From contig CAYZAE010000007.1 in assembly GCA_964476125.1 (NCBI GenBank), positions 10,290 to 74,289 of the forward strand: a DNA stretch of 64,000 bases, read 5' to 3'. Shown piece by piece: positions 30,354 through 38,821 of this stretch (position 1 is its first letter; every line of letters begins with the position of its first letter). The notes under the pieces are model-generated. The model was not told the DNA's origin. It searched no databases and worked only from the letters and a program-made list of their open reading frames with translations. A program made the translations under genes and the position numbers. Source of the DNA: an uncultured Verrucomicrobiota bacterium. GTDB taxonomy: Bacteria; Verrucomicrobiota; Verrucomicrobiia; Limisphaerales; CAIMTB01.

Positions 30354-30381
30354 GTATCGGATGATCGGAATCGTTACTTGA
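30354..30381 (-). promoter_or_regulatory. Candidate internal sigma28-type promoter upstream of cheA
   Basis: Minus strand reads TCAAGTAA-N12-TCCGATAC in the 200-nt cheB-cheA gap. The spacer is 1 nt longer than optimal. Confidence 0.35.
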
Positions 30382-30388
30382 GGGATGA

Positions 30389-31477
30389 TCATCCGCCGCC
30401 GAGGGCTACGTTTCTTGCGAAACGGTTGATGGCGAGGGCGATGTGGTCGAGGGGCAGGATTTCGGAAGCCGCCCCGATCTGGATTGCTTCGCGGGGCATG
30501 CCGAAGACGACGCAGCTTTCCTCATTCTGGGCGACGGTGTGGGCTCCCGCGCGGTGCAGGGTGAGCATGCCTGTGGCTCCGTCCGAGCCCATGCCGGTCA
30601 GGAGCGCGGCGAAGGTGTGGGGTGAGGCGCCGGCGCGCGCGGCGGAATCGAACAAGACGTCCACGGCCGGTCGCTGGTGGTGGAGCATGGGGCCCTGGTT
30701 GAGTCCGGCGACATAATGGCTGCCGTTCCAGCGGGCGATGAGGTGGTAGCCTCCTGGGGCGACGAGAGCCAGGCCGGGTTTCACGACGTCGCCCTCCCGG
30801 GCTTCGCGTACTTCCATCTGGCAGAGCTGGTTCAATCGGGTGGCGAAGGCGAGGGAGAATTGGGCGGGAATGTGTTGGACGATGAGAATGCCGGGCAGAT
30901 CCGCCGGGAGCTGGGTGAGGATGGTCCGGATGGCTTCCGTGCCCCCGGTGGATGCGCCGATCAGGATGAGGGAGCGGGACGGATAGTGGCGGCCCTCGGT
31001 TCGGGGCGAGGTCGGGGGGGCGCCTGGGGCGGCAGCTGCGGCCCGGGCGGCCCGCGAGGGCGGGGGCCGGAAGGTGGTGCGGATGCGGGTTCGAGCCGCG
31101 GCCTTGATGCGTTCGGCGAGTTTGCTGGTGGCATCGCCGACGGCATCGGATCGGCCGGGTTTGGCGATGACATCGACGGCGCCGGCATTGAGGGCTTCGA
31201 GCGCGTGATGAGAGCCGGTGGTGGTGAGGGAGCTCATGACGATGACGGGCATCGGATGGTGGCGCATGAGGACCTTGAGGAAGGTCAGTCCATCCATGCG
31301 GGGCATCTCGATGTCCAGGGTCAGGACGTCGGGTTTGAGCTGGAGGATCTTGTCCCTCGCGACATAGGGATCGATCGCGGTGCCAACGACCTCAATATCC
31401 GGATCCGCGGAGAGGCCGTCCGTGAGTGCTTTTCGGACGAGTGCCGAGTCATCGACGATGAGTACGCGGACCGGCAT
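30389..31477 (-). CDS. cheB: Chemotaxis response regulator protein-glutamate methylesterase CheB
   Basis: 362 aa. REC (VLIVDDS...LTLDIEMPRMDG) plus methylesterase (LILIGASTGGTEA, GMGSDG). Confidence 0.94.
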   Translation of the reverse strand: MPVRVLIVDDSALVRKALTDGLSADPDIEVVGTAIDPYVARDKILQLKPDVLTLDIEMPRMDGLTFLKVLMRHHPMPVIVMSSLTTTGSHHALEALNAGAVDVIAKPGRSDAVGDATSKLAERIKAAARTRIRTTFRPPPSRAARAAAAAPGAPPTSPRTEGRHYPSRSLILIGASTGGTEAIRTILTQLPADLPGILIVQHIPAQFSLAFATRLNQLCQMEVREAREGDVVKPGLALVAPGGYHLIARWNGSHYVAGLNQGPMLHHQRPAVDVLFDSAARAGASPHTFAALLTGMGSDGATGMLTLHRAGAHTVAQNEESCVVFGMPREAIQIGAASEILPLDHIALAINRFARNVALGGG

Positions 31478-31488
31478 GGGGTGTGGGG

Positions 31489-32349
31489 TCAGGTTTGGAT
31501 GGAGACGAAGGCCTGGAGGGTGTCGAGATTGTCGTAGGTCTCGATCATGTAGCGGGGCAGGTCGACGGGGTTGAGTCCGACGAGTTGGAGGGCGTCGGCG
31601 CGGCCGCGGAGGGCGAGGGCGTGATGGCCGTAGCCGAAACCCATGAAGTGGGCGATGAGGTCGCCCAGGTAGACGAAGGAGGCGAGCCGTTCATGGCCGA
31701 TGGCCTTGACGGGGTCGTGGTGGTTCCAGACCGAGGCGACGAGGTCGGCGGGAAAATTCCAGCGGGCAAGCAGGCGTCCGCCGATTTCGGCGTGTTGGAC
31801 GCCGAGGATTTGGGCTTCGCTTTCGAGGAGTGAGGCCTGGTTGATTTCGATTTCGCGGGTGAGTCGCTGGTAGCTGCCCTCAAGGGCCTGGGCGAGGACG
31901 ATTTTCCCGATGTCGTGGAGGATGGCGGCGGTGAAAACGACGCCTTCGTCGGCGCCGGCGTCGCGGGCCATGCTTTTGGCGGCGAGTGCGGTGGCCACGC
32001 TGTGTTTCCAGAGGCCGCCCTCGTCGATTCCGTAGCCCTTGGGGGTGGCTTTGAGGGTGCGGGCGCCGATGATGGCGACGACGAGTTCGTAGACGGCTCC
32101 GAAACCGACCCGGATGACGGCTTCGAAGAGGTCGGAGACGGAGGACGAGTAGCCGAGGGTGGCGCTGTTGCAGAGCCTGAGGACGGCGGCGGTGAGGCTT
32201 GGGTCGCTGGAGATGAGGTTGACGATGGATTCGCTGTCGGCGTCCGGCAGGGAGAGCTGATGGAGGAGCCGCGGCAGGATGACCGGTGCGGGCGGCAGGG
32301 TCTGGACCCGGTCGATATAGGTGTCGAGACTCTTGTTCAATGCTTCCAT
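31489..32349 (-). CDS. HDOD-domain signalling protein
   Basis: 286 aa. LPPAPVILPRLL...SDPSLTAAVLRLCNSA...AAILHDIGKIVL. Confidence 0.8.
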   Translation of the reverse strand: MEALNKSLDTYIDRVQTLPPAPVILPRLLHQLSLPDADSESIVNLISSDPSLTAAVLRLCNSATLGYSSSVSDLFEAVIRVGFGAVYELVVAIIGARTLKATPKGYGIDEGGLWKHSVATALAAKSMARDAGADEGVVFTAAILHDIGKIVLAQALEGSYQRLTREIEINQASLLESEAQILGVQHAEIGGRLLARWNFPADLVASVWNHHDPVKAIGHERLASFVYLGDLIAHFMGFGYGHHALALRGRADALQLVGLNPVDLPRYMIETYDNLDTLQAFVSIQT

Positions 32350-32864
32350 AAAATCATCTCCGAGGTTTGTCCGGAGACTTTCAGGCGGACTTCGCCGGTG
32401 ATGAGTCGCAGGGACATGGTGCGGTTGATGGTGCCGCCGACGTCTTCGGCGGCGATGCGGAGGCGTTCGCGGTCGAGGAGCATTCGGAGCGCCTCCTGGT
32501 TGCGGCGGCCGATGTTGAAGAAGCCTTGGGCATCCATGATTTGGGCTCCTCCAGCCACGCAGATGATGGCGCGACTTGGGTCGAGCCTGAGTTGGCGGGC
32601 GGAACCGAGCAGCTGGGGCAGGCCGGTGTCGAGGAACATGGAGGGGCGGGAGCGCGCCTTTTCCTCGGAGATGCTGGAATCAGGGAGCATGGCGTGGAGG
32701 AGCCCCCCGACCTTGGTGATGGGATCGTAGATTGAGATGCCGAGGCACGATCCGAGGGAGTAGGTGGTGAGGGTGAGGGACGGTTGATTGGCGACCGCCA
32801 TGTCCGCCATGCCAACCACGAGGCGCTGGACCAGTCCCGCGGCGCTGAGTGTGGGTGAGGGCAT
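32337..32864 (-). CDS. cheD: Chemoreceptor glutamine deamidase CheD
   Basis: 175 aa. TYSLGSCLGISIYDP...GGLLHAMLP...GGAQIM...NIGRRN. 13-nt overlap with the downstream HDOD gene. Confidence 0.9.
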   Translation of the reverse strand: MPSPTLSAAGLVQRLVVGMADMAVANQPSLTLTTYSLGSCLGISIYDPITKVGGLLHAMLPDSSISEEKARSRPSMFLDTGLPQLLGSARQLRLDPSRAIICVAGGAQIMDAQGFFNIGRRNQEALRMLLDRERLRIAAEDVGGTINRTMSLRLITGEVRLKVSGQTSEMILWKH

Positions 32865-32870
32865 GGTGGA

Positions 32871-33743
32871 TCAGCGTTTCTGGTAGTAGCTGGGCCTGAG
32901 ACAACGGAACGGAATGGGAAGGCCGACGAGGCTTTCCGAATGTCCGATGAGCAGATATCCGGAGGGCACGATGTGCCGTCCGAGGGCTTCGACGAGCTGC
33001 TGTTGGGTGGGGCGATCGAAATAGATCATCACGTTGCGGCAGAACACCGCCTCGAACTGGTCCGTGATTTCCGGGAGGGCGAGCAGGTTGGCCTGGCGGA
33101 AGGAGATGCGTTCCCGGATATGGCTTTTGACCCGGAAGTTGCCATCGTTTTTTCCGATTCCCTTCTGGAAGTATTTTCGCAGCCAGGCGGCGGGGAGGGT
33201 TTCGAGCCGGCCTTCGGCATAGATTGCCTCGCGGGCGTGATGAAGCACCCGGGTGCTGATGTCGGTGGCCAGGATCTGCCAATCCCAGCCTTCGGCGAGG
33301 GGAAAGGCGGCGTCGAGGTAGAAGGCCAGACTGTACGGTTCCTCTCCGCTGGCGCAGGCGGCGCTCCAGATTTGGAACCGTCGGCGTTGCCTGCCCAGGC
33401 GTTCGGGGAGGGCTTTTTCGACGAGGAATCGGAAATGGTCCTCCTCCCTGAGGAAGCTTGTGAAATTGGTGGTGAGGGCGTCGACGACGTGGGTGATCTC
33501 GTTGTCGTCGTGGGTGCTGCGGATTTGGTCGCAGTAATCGGCGAGGGTGGCGCAGTGGAGGGCCCTCATTCGTTTGCCCAGGCGTGCGCGGATCAGGGCC
33601 TGTTTTCCTTCGTTCAGCTGAACCCGGGAGCGTTCGTAGACGAGGGAAACGATGAATCGGCAGGCCTCGGAGTCGCGGCGGGCCTCGGAGGCTGCGGAGC
33701 GCGACGGGGTGAGGGATTCCTTGGGGTCGGCGCCTTCGGTCAT
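32871..33743 (-). CDS. cheR: Chemotaxis protein methyltransferase CheR
   Basis: ATG at 33743 (MTEGADPK). ALTTNFTSFLRE, IWSAACASGEEPYSLA, FCRNVMIYFD. The ORF-track frame extends spuriously to 34901. Confidence 0.93.
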   Translation of the reverse strand: MTEGADPKESLTPSRSAASEARRDSEACRFIVSLVYERSRVQLNEGKQALIRARLGKRMRALHCATLADYCDQIRSTHDDNEITHVVDALTTNFTSFLREEDHFRFLVEKALPERLGRQRRRFQIWSAACASGEEPYSLAFYLDAAFPLAEGWDWQILATDISTRVLHHAREAIYAEGRLETLPAAWLRKYFQKGIGKNDGNFRVKSHIRERISFRQANLLALPEITDQFEAVFCRNVMIYFDRPTQQQLVEALGRHIVPSGYLLIGHSESLVGLPIPFRCLRPSYYQKR

Positions 33744-33778
33744 GGGGATGTTCGGGCGCAAGCCCGGGCGGCTCGGTT

Positions 33779-34699
33779 TCAAATGATTCCGTCCAGGATT
33801 TGGGGAAGCCGGGCGAGACTGTGTTTCAGGTCGTTCCGGAGCATCTCCTGATCCTCCTCGGTGCGATCGGGGAAGAGAATTCCCCAGCCAGGGAGCTGGA
33901 GCCATGCTTCCTCGTTGATGGGTGCGGGGTTGCCGCTGTCGCCGATGCGGTGCAGGCGGACGATGTGGTTGGCGAGTTGGACGGCGGCGACCAGAGGGGC
34001 GTGACGGGTGGCCTGGGTGGGATCGGCGTGCCAGCGGGCGGTGTCGACGATGCTGTCTGGGAGCCTGTGATGGGCGAGGTACATGGCGCCGAGTTCGCAG
34101 TGATCCATGCCGAGCAGTTCGATTTCGATGTCGCGGAGGTCGCTGGTGGAGTTGGCGGCCTGAGTGCAGACGGCTCCGAATTCGGTGGGGAATTCGGCGG
34201 CCATGACGATGCGGCCGACGTCGTGGAGGAGGCCGGCGACGTATTCGAGTTCGTCCTGGGCGGGTTGGATGGCGCTGGAGATCTCGCGGGTCATGATGGC
34301 GGTGGCGATGCAGTGTTGCCAGAAGCCGCGCCAGGGGAAGGGGTTGTGACGGGAGATTTTCTGGAGGTCTTCGATGACGGGGGTGGACATCGCGAGTTGT
34401 CGGACCTGCCGTATGCCGAGGTAGAAGACGGCTTCTTCGATGCTGGTGACGGGGGAGGAGAGTCCGTAGTAGACGGAATTGACGAGGCGCAGCATCCGGG
34501 TGGCCATGCTGGGGTCGCGTCGGATGACCTCGGAGATTTGGGCGGTGAAGCGTTGTTCCGCATTCAGGAGTTCGCGGAGGACGCCGTTGATGCTGCTGAG
34601 TGATGGCAGAAGGGCACAATTGCTGATCCGCTGGATAATGGCGTTCCTCTCGAGGGGAACGCAGCCTGGTGCGGGGGCGGCTGGCGGCGGCGTGCTCAC
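33779..34699 (-). CDS. HDOD-domain signalling protein, first gene of the che operon
   Basis: LPSLSSINGVLRELL...RDPSMATRMLRLVNS...AGLLHDVGRIVM. A GTG at 34699 sits 12 nt downstream of a sigma28 -10 element. The ORF-track start 34849 would override both divergent promoters. Confidence 0.75.
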   Translation of the reverse strand: MSTPPPAAPAPGCVPLERNAIIQRISNCALLPSLSSINGVLRELLNAEQRFTAQISEVIRRDPSMATRMLRLVNSVYYGLSSPVTSIEEAVFYLGIRQVRQLAMSTPVIEDLQKISRHNPFPWRGFWQHCIATAIMTREISSAIQPAQDELEYVAGLLHDVGRIVMAAEFPTEFGAVCTQAANSTSDLRDIEIELLGMDHCELGAMYLAHHRLPDSIVDTARWHADPTQATRHAPLVAAVQLANHIVRLHRIGDSGNPAPINEEAWLQLPGWGILFPDRTEEDQEMLRNDLKHSLARLPQILDGII

Positions 34700-34710
34700 T
34701 TTCTGCCGGT

Positions 34711-34737
34711 CTATCGGACGGTTGGCGGAAAAGTTGA
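34711..34737 (-). promoter_or_regulatory. sigma28-type promoter of the HDOD-cheR-cheD-HDOD-cheB operon
   Basis: Minus strand reads TCAACTTT-N11-TCCGATAG. Confidence 0.55.
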
Positions 34738-34792
34738 ACCGGGACAGCAAAAATGTCGTGGGTCGGTTTTTTCCCCGGTTTTGTGTTTTGGC

Positions 34793-34819
34793 TAAAGGAC
34801 CGGCAAGAACTGCCGATGG
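34793..34819 (+). promoter_or_regulatory. sigma28-type promoter of cheX
   Basis: Plus strand reads TAAAGGAC-N11-GCCGATGG. The -10 ends 9 nt before the cheX ATG. Confidence 0.55.
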
Positions 34820-34827
34820 GGGTGGTG

Positions 34828-35310
34828 ATGATTGCCAATGTCGAGACACTGGTGAACAGCGCCGTCACGACGGTCTTCGACACCATGTTGGGACTTCCCA
34901 TGAAGGACGCTCCCGTGGAGGCCTGTGTGTTTGGGGATGCCCCCCAGATCGCAAGTGCCGTGGGGTTCGCCGGGTCGGCCTCGGGTGTGATCTATCTTTA
35001 TACGACGGTCCGTTTCGCGGGCCGGATCACGGGAGGGCTGCTGGGGCTTCCGGAAGCGGAGGCTCAGCGGGAGGACTACGTGAACGACGCCATGGGTGAG
35101 ATGGCCAACATGGTGATGGGCCATGTGAAGTCCCGCCTGACGGATCGCGGCGTGAAGTGCGTGATGACGATCCCCTCGATCGTCCGGGGGTCCGGACTTG
35201 GCATTGAGGCGGTGAGTCATACCAGGGTGCAGCGGATGGGATTCCGCAGCGGAGACGATTTCGTGTTGGTGGAGGTACTGATCGAGAACAGCGACGGTAA
35301 GGGGAAATAA
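34828..35310 (+). CDS. cheX: CheY-P phosphatase CheX (CheC/CheX/FliY family)
   Basis: MIANVETLVNSAVTTVFDTMLG N-terminus. Family motif D-x3-E-x2-N ... P is present as DAMGEMAN-x21-P. Confidence 0.8.
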   Translation: MIANVETLVNSAVTTVFDTMLGLPMKDAPVEACVFGDAPQIASAVGFAGSASGVIYLYTTVRFAGRITGGLLGLPEAEAQREDYVNDAMGEMANMVMGHVKSRLTDRGVKCVMTIPSIVRGSGLGIEAVSHTRVQRMGFRSGDDFVLVEVLIENSDGKGK

Positions 35311-35332
35311 AACCTTCTTCCGGAGTTAAGCC

Positions 35333-36475
35333 ATGGGCCCAAAGATACTTACGGTCGACGATAGCAAAACGATCCGCATGATTGTGGCGAGGGCATTCAA
35401 ATCCTTCGCGTGCGAGATCCTAGAAGCGGCGGACGGCGTGGAAGGATTAGCCGTCGTGAACCGGGAGAAGCCCGACATCATCCTGCTGGATTACACCATG
35501 CCGGTGATGGACGGCTTCGAGATGCTCAACAAGCTCAAGTCGGATCCTGATACGCGCAATATTCCGGTGGTGATGCTCACTGCCGAGGCAGGGCGTGACA
35601 ACGTCCTGAAGATTGCGCGCCTGGGTGTCCGCGACTATCTGGTCAAGCCGTTCAAAGAGGACCTGGTGGTGGAGCGTGTGGGGCGCATCATAGATTTGAA
35701 GGCCTGGCACGAGGCAACCGCCAAGGCCAAGCGCTTCGACGATCCCCTGCAGATCCTGCTGGTGGACGACAAACCCGCGATCCTGGATCTGGTGAAGTCG
35801 GGGCTGTCGGACACCAACTGGGTGTTGAATGCGCTGACGCAGGCGGGGCAGGCGGTGGACTTCTGTTCCCGGCAGATGCCGGACGTGATCATGGTCAGTC
35901 TTTCGCTGACGGAAGGGGCCGGGTTCATGCTCTTCCAGATGATGCGGGCGGCGTTCAAGACCAAGGCCATTCCGGTGTTTGCGCTGAGTGTGAAGACGGC
36001 GCTTGAGGAGCAGCAGAGGGCGCAGCAGATGGGGTTCTCCGGCATCATCACCAAGCCGATTGATGTTGAGGATCTCAAGTCCAAGGTGACCCGTGCGCTC
36101 AATCTGGATACCTCGTACCGGTACTTCCTGATGAAGGACGGGGTGCTGCTGCTGAAGCTGCCCGCCAACTTCAATCCGCATGCCGCCAATGACATCACCA
36201 TGAACCTGCGGACCAAGGTTACCGAGAGCGTGGATGCGGGTCTGGGTCGGTTGCTGATGGACATGAGCCAGCTGTCGAGTGCGGATGTGAATCTCATCAA
36301 GCTGGGAATCACGGTGACCAGCCTGTGCCAGGAACTCGGTGTCAAACTCACCATGATCGGTTCCGCGGCGGTGAGTGCCGAGTGCAAGAATTACGAGGAA
36401 ACCAAGGACTGGCAGTTCGTTAACAGTTATGAAGAAGGCCTGTCTCAGCTCAATGGCGCCTCGGCCGGCGGGTAG
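35333..36475 (+). CDS. CheY-like receiver / degenerate receiver / STAS-like three-domain protein
   Basis: 380 aa. REC1 has DD, LLDYTMPVMDG, MLTAE, LVKPF. REC2 has Ser (VIMVSLSL) at the phospho-Asp position. The C-terminal about 110 aa (LLLKLPANF...LMDMSQLSSADVNLIKLG...LTMIG) resembles the STAS/anti-sigma-antagonist fold. Confidence 0.7.
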   Translation: MGPKILTVDDSKTIRMIVARAFKSFACEILEAADGVEGLAVVNREKPDIILLDYTMPVMDGFEMLNKLKSDPDTRNIPVVMLTAEAGRDNVLKIARLGVRDYLVKPFKEDLVVERVGRIIDLKAWHEATAKAKRFDDPLQILLVDDKPAILDLVKSGLSDTNWVLNALTQAGQAVDFCSRQMPDVIMVSLSLTEGAGFMLFQMMRAAFKTKAIPVFALSVKTALEEQQRAQQMGFSGIITKPIDVEDLKSKVTRALNLDTSYRYFLMKDGVLLLKLPANFNPHAANDITMNLRTKVTESVDAGLGRLLMDMSQLSSADVNLIKLGITVTSLCQELGVKLTMIGSAAVSAECKNYEETKDWQFVNSYEEGLSQLNGASAGG

Positions 36476-37028
36476 CCGGTCGGTGCGGTTTTCCCGGGGC
36501 GTTCTGGCGGTGCTCCTCGCGGTCCCGATGTTGTCGTGGGGGGCGGTTCCGCCGGCGGATTCGCACTACACGCTGCGAACGCGCAAGGAGCCGAAGACCA
36601 CGCGAGCCTATCTTCCCACGGTCGGGCCCATTCCCCTCCGGATCCGGCGTCCCGCGCCCCCGTCGGTCCCCGCAGTGCTTCCGCCGCTGGCGATGAGGGA
36701 TCCGGAGCCCGCGCCGCAATCCACCCGCACCAATCTGGTCGCCGAAATCCCCACGGATATGGGGAAGTTGTCGCCGGATGACCCTGCGGATGGCGGTGCC
36801 GACATTGGCGCGGGAGGGGACGGTCGCAATCCGCTCGATCCTGGTGGGACCGATGCAAACGTCAGTCCGATCGTCACGCCCGGGATGCTGGTGCACTACT
36901 TCAAGCCGGCGAGCAGCAATGCGCCCGGTGGGGCGATCTCGTTGCCGGTCTTTCTTCCCGCCTCGCCGCCGCCGCCCTCGACGGTGCCGGGTGGGAACGT
37001 CAGTTCGGCGACCTATCGGTCGAAATAG
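36429..37028 (+). CDS. Hypothetical secreted Pro-rich protein
   Basis: ATG at 36429 (MKKACL...), signal-like GVLAVLLAVPMLSWGA. No recognisable domain. Overlaps the preceding gene by 47 nt. Confidence 0.5.
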   Translation: MKKACLSSMAPRPAGSRSVRFSRGVLAVLLAVPMLSWGAVPPADSHYTLRTRKEPKTTRAYLPTVGPIPLRIRRPAPPSVPAVLPPLAMRDPEPAPQSTRTNLVAEIPTDMGKLSPDDPADGGADIGAGGDGRNPLDPGGTDANVSPIVTPGMLVHYFKPASSNAPGGAISLPVFLPASPPPPSTVPGGNVSSATYRSK

Positions 37029-37066
37029 GCGGGCCTGAGCAAGCCGCCCATGGCGCGGCTCTTTCC

Positions 37067-38821
37067 ATGACCCCATCCAACCCATCCTTCCCCGCCGGAG
37101 TTGAATCCCGATCCCTGGATCGAATCGGGTGCGATTCGGACGGATCGGGTGGGAGGGGCGGCGGGACCCGCTTCCGGTCCAACGCCCGCCCCGGCTTCCG
37201 CTTCCGCTTCCGCCTCCGGGCCTGGTCATGGTCCTGGTCGCGGATTGTGGCGGTGCTTTGCCTCCTGGCGGTGGGTGAATGGCCGGCGAGGTTGTCGGGT
37301 TCGGACGCGCCGCCGATGGCGGGGCCTCCCCCGCGTCCTGGGCGGGAGGTGTCGGGTGTCGGTCCTGGGGCTGGGACGAATGCGGTGTCTGCGGGAGGGG
37401 CTGCAAAGCCTGCGGCCGCCCGCCACGAGCCGGCGCCGAAGGCGCAGGAATCCGCGCATGAGCCAGCTTCGAAGGTGGTTGAGCCGGCGCATGCGCCGCC
37501 GGCCAAGCCGGTGCGGGACGGTCATGAGGCGGCTGTGGCCGCGACGGGTCACGGGGAAGGGGCGGGTTCGGGAGCGGCAGCGGCAGCGGCAGCGGAGTCG
37601 GGGCACGGGGTTTCCGGGGCGGCCGCGCAGGTTCTTCACGAAAAGAACATGCTGTTCGCCTCCACCAACCTCATCATGTCGGATCTTGAGCAGCGTCGGG
37701 CGGCGGCGCGGAAGGCGGAGATCGAGAAGTTCGAGCAGATCCTGGAGAATGCGCGCCGGTTGCGTTCGGCGAAGATGTACGAGGAGGCGCTGCCGAGTTT
37801 CATGGCCGTTCTGAACGGGAACGCGCCGGAGGACCTCAAGCGGTCGGCGCTTCTTGAGCTTGCGTTGATCGCGCAGGAGAGGAATGAGCTTCCGCGGGCG
37901 CTGCAGGTGCTGTCGCAATACCTCACCCGGTGGCCGCAGGATCCGAGCGCCCCGGAGATCCTGTTGCGACAGGGATTGATCTACCGCCAGCTGGGCATCC
38001 ACCAGATGGCGCTTTCGAAGTTTTACGCGACGATGACGTCGTCGCTGGTGGTGAAGGATGAATTGTTCGACTACTACAGGCGACTGGTCCTGCAGGCGCA
38101 GGCTGAGATTGCCGAGACGCTGGCGATGCAGAGCCAGCATGCGGAGGCGGCTCGGGCGTTTGCGCGGCTTTTGAAGGAGGATTCGCCGACCTTGAACCGG
38201 GTCCGGGTTCACTACCGGTACATTCAAAGCCTGGCGGCCCAGGGGAAGCTTTCCGAGACGGTGGGGCAGGCGCAGTTGTTTCTTTCGAAGTATGAGGATG
38301 TCGCCGAGCAGCCGGAGGTGCGATTCCTGCTCGCCACGGCGCTGAAGAAGTTGAATCGGAAGAGCGAGGCGCTGCTTGAGATCCATCGGCTCTTGGCGTC
38401 CCAGCAGGGTGAGGCCCGGGATCATCCGGAGACGCTGGCGTTCTGGCAGCAGCGAACCGGGAACGAAATCGCGAACCAGCTTTATCAGGAGGGCGACTTT
38501 GTCCATGCGCTCGACATCTACCAGAGTCTGCTGGTGTTGAATGCGACGCCGGAGTGGCAGTTCCCGCTGCGGTATCAGATCGGACTGGCTTACGAGCGTT
38601 TGGAGCAGCCGGCGAAGGCGTCGGAGTCGTATGGGGCGATCGTGTCGATGGGGAAGGATTTGGGGACGAACGCGGCGCCGGCGTTGAGGACGACCCTGGA
38701 CATGGCGCGGTGGCGGCAGGATTTCCTGAAGTGGCAGGAGCGGGCGGAGGCGTCGCGGCGCGGGCTGGGATCGCTGATTGACTCGGCCCCGACGTCGGGC
38801 AGCGTGACAAACAGTTTATGA
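37067..38821 (+). CDS. Membrane-anchored TPR-repeat protein (start uncertain)
   Basis: 584 aa frame. One hydrophobic segment (RIVAVLCLLAVGEW), a low-complexity Ala/Pro/Gly linker, then multiple TPR-like helices (YEEALPSF..., LQVLSQYLTRWPQDPSAPEILLRQGLIY..., FVHALDIYQSLL...). Confidence 0.65.
   Translation: MTPSNPSFPAGVESRSLDRIGCDSDGSGGRGGGTRFRSNARPGFRFRFRLRAWSWSWSRIVAVLCLLAVGEWPARLSGSDAPPMAGPPPRPGREVSGVGPGAGTNAVSAGGAAKPAAARHEPAPKAQESAHEPASKVVEPAHAPPAKPVRDGHEAAVAATGHGEGAGSGAAAAAAAESGHGVSGAAAQVLHEKNMLFASTNLIMSDLEQRRAAARKAEIEKFEQILENARRLRSAKMYEEALPSFMAVLNGNAPEDLKRSALLELALIAQERNELPRALQVLSQYLTRWPQDPSAPEILLRQGLIYRQLGIHQMALSKFYATMTSSLVVKDELFDYYRRLVLQAQAEIAETLAMQSQHAEAARAFARLLKEDSPTLNRVRVHYRYIQSLAAQGKLSETVGQAQLFLSKYEDVAEQPEVRFLLATALKKLNRKSEALLEIHRLLASQQGEARDHPETLAFWQQRTGNEIANQLYQEGDFVHALDIYQSLLVLNATPEWQFPLRYQIGLAYERLEQPAKASESYGAIVSMGKDLGTNAAPALRTTLDMARWRQDFLKWQERAEASRRGLGSLIDSAPTSGSVTNSL

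Noticed and set aside
32871-34901. 676-aa ORF-track frame suggesting a giant CheR fusion.
   Set aside because: Only the last 290 aa (from ATG 33743) look like CheR. The upstream part is Pro/Arg-rich nonsense read out of frame across the HDOD gene 33779..34699.
37194-37217. Hexamer microsatellites (GCTTCC x3-4 at 37194-37217, and GCAGCG x3-4 near 37574-37595) as possible phase-variation switches in the TPR gene.
   Set aside because: The unit length is a multiple of three and the copy number is low. Slippage would not shift the frame, so these look like ordinary low-complexity coding sequence.
37101-37814. Alternative-frame 237-aa ORF overlapping the 5' part of the TPR gene, and the similar alternative frame 21043..21912 over the MFS gene.
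   Set aside because: The translations are Arg/Trp/Cys-rich and lack any motif. The competing frames contain TPR helices or MFS transmembrane motifs.
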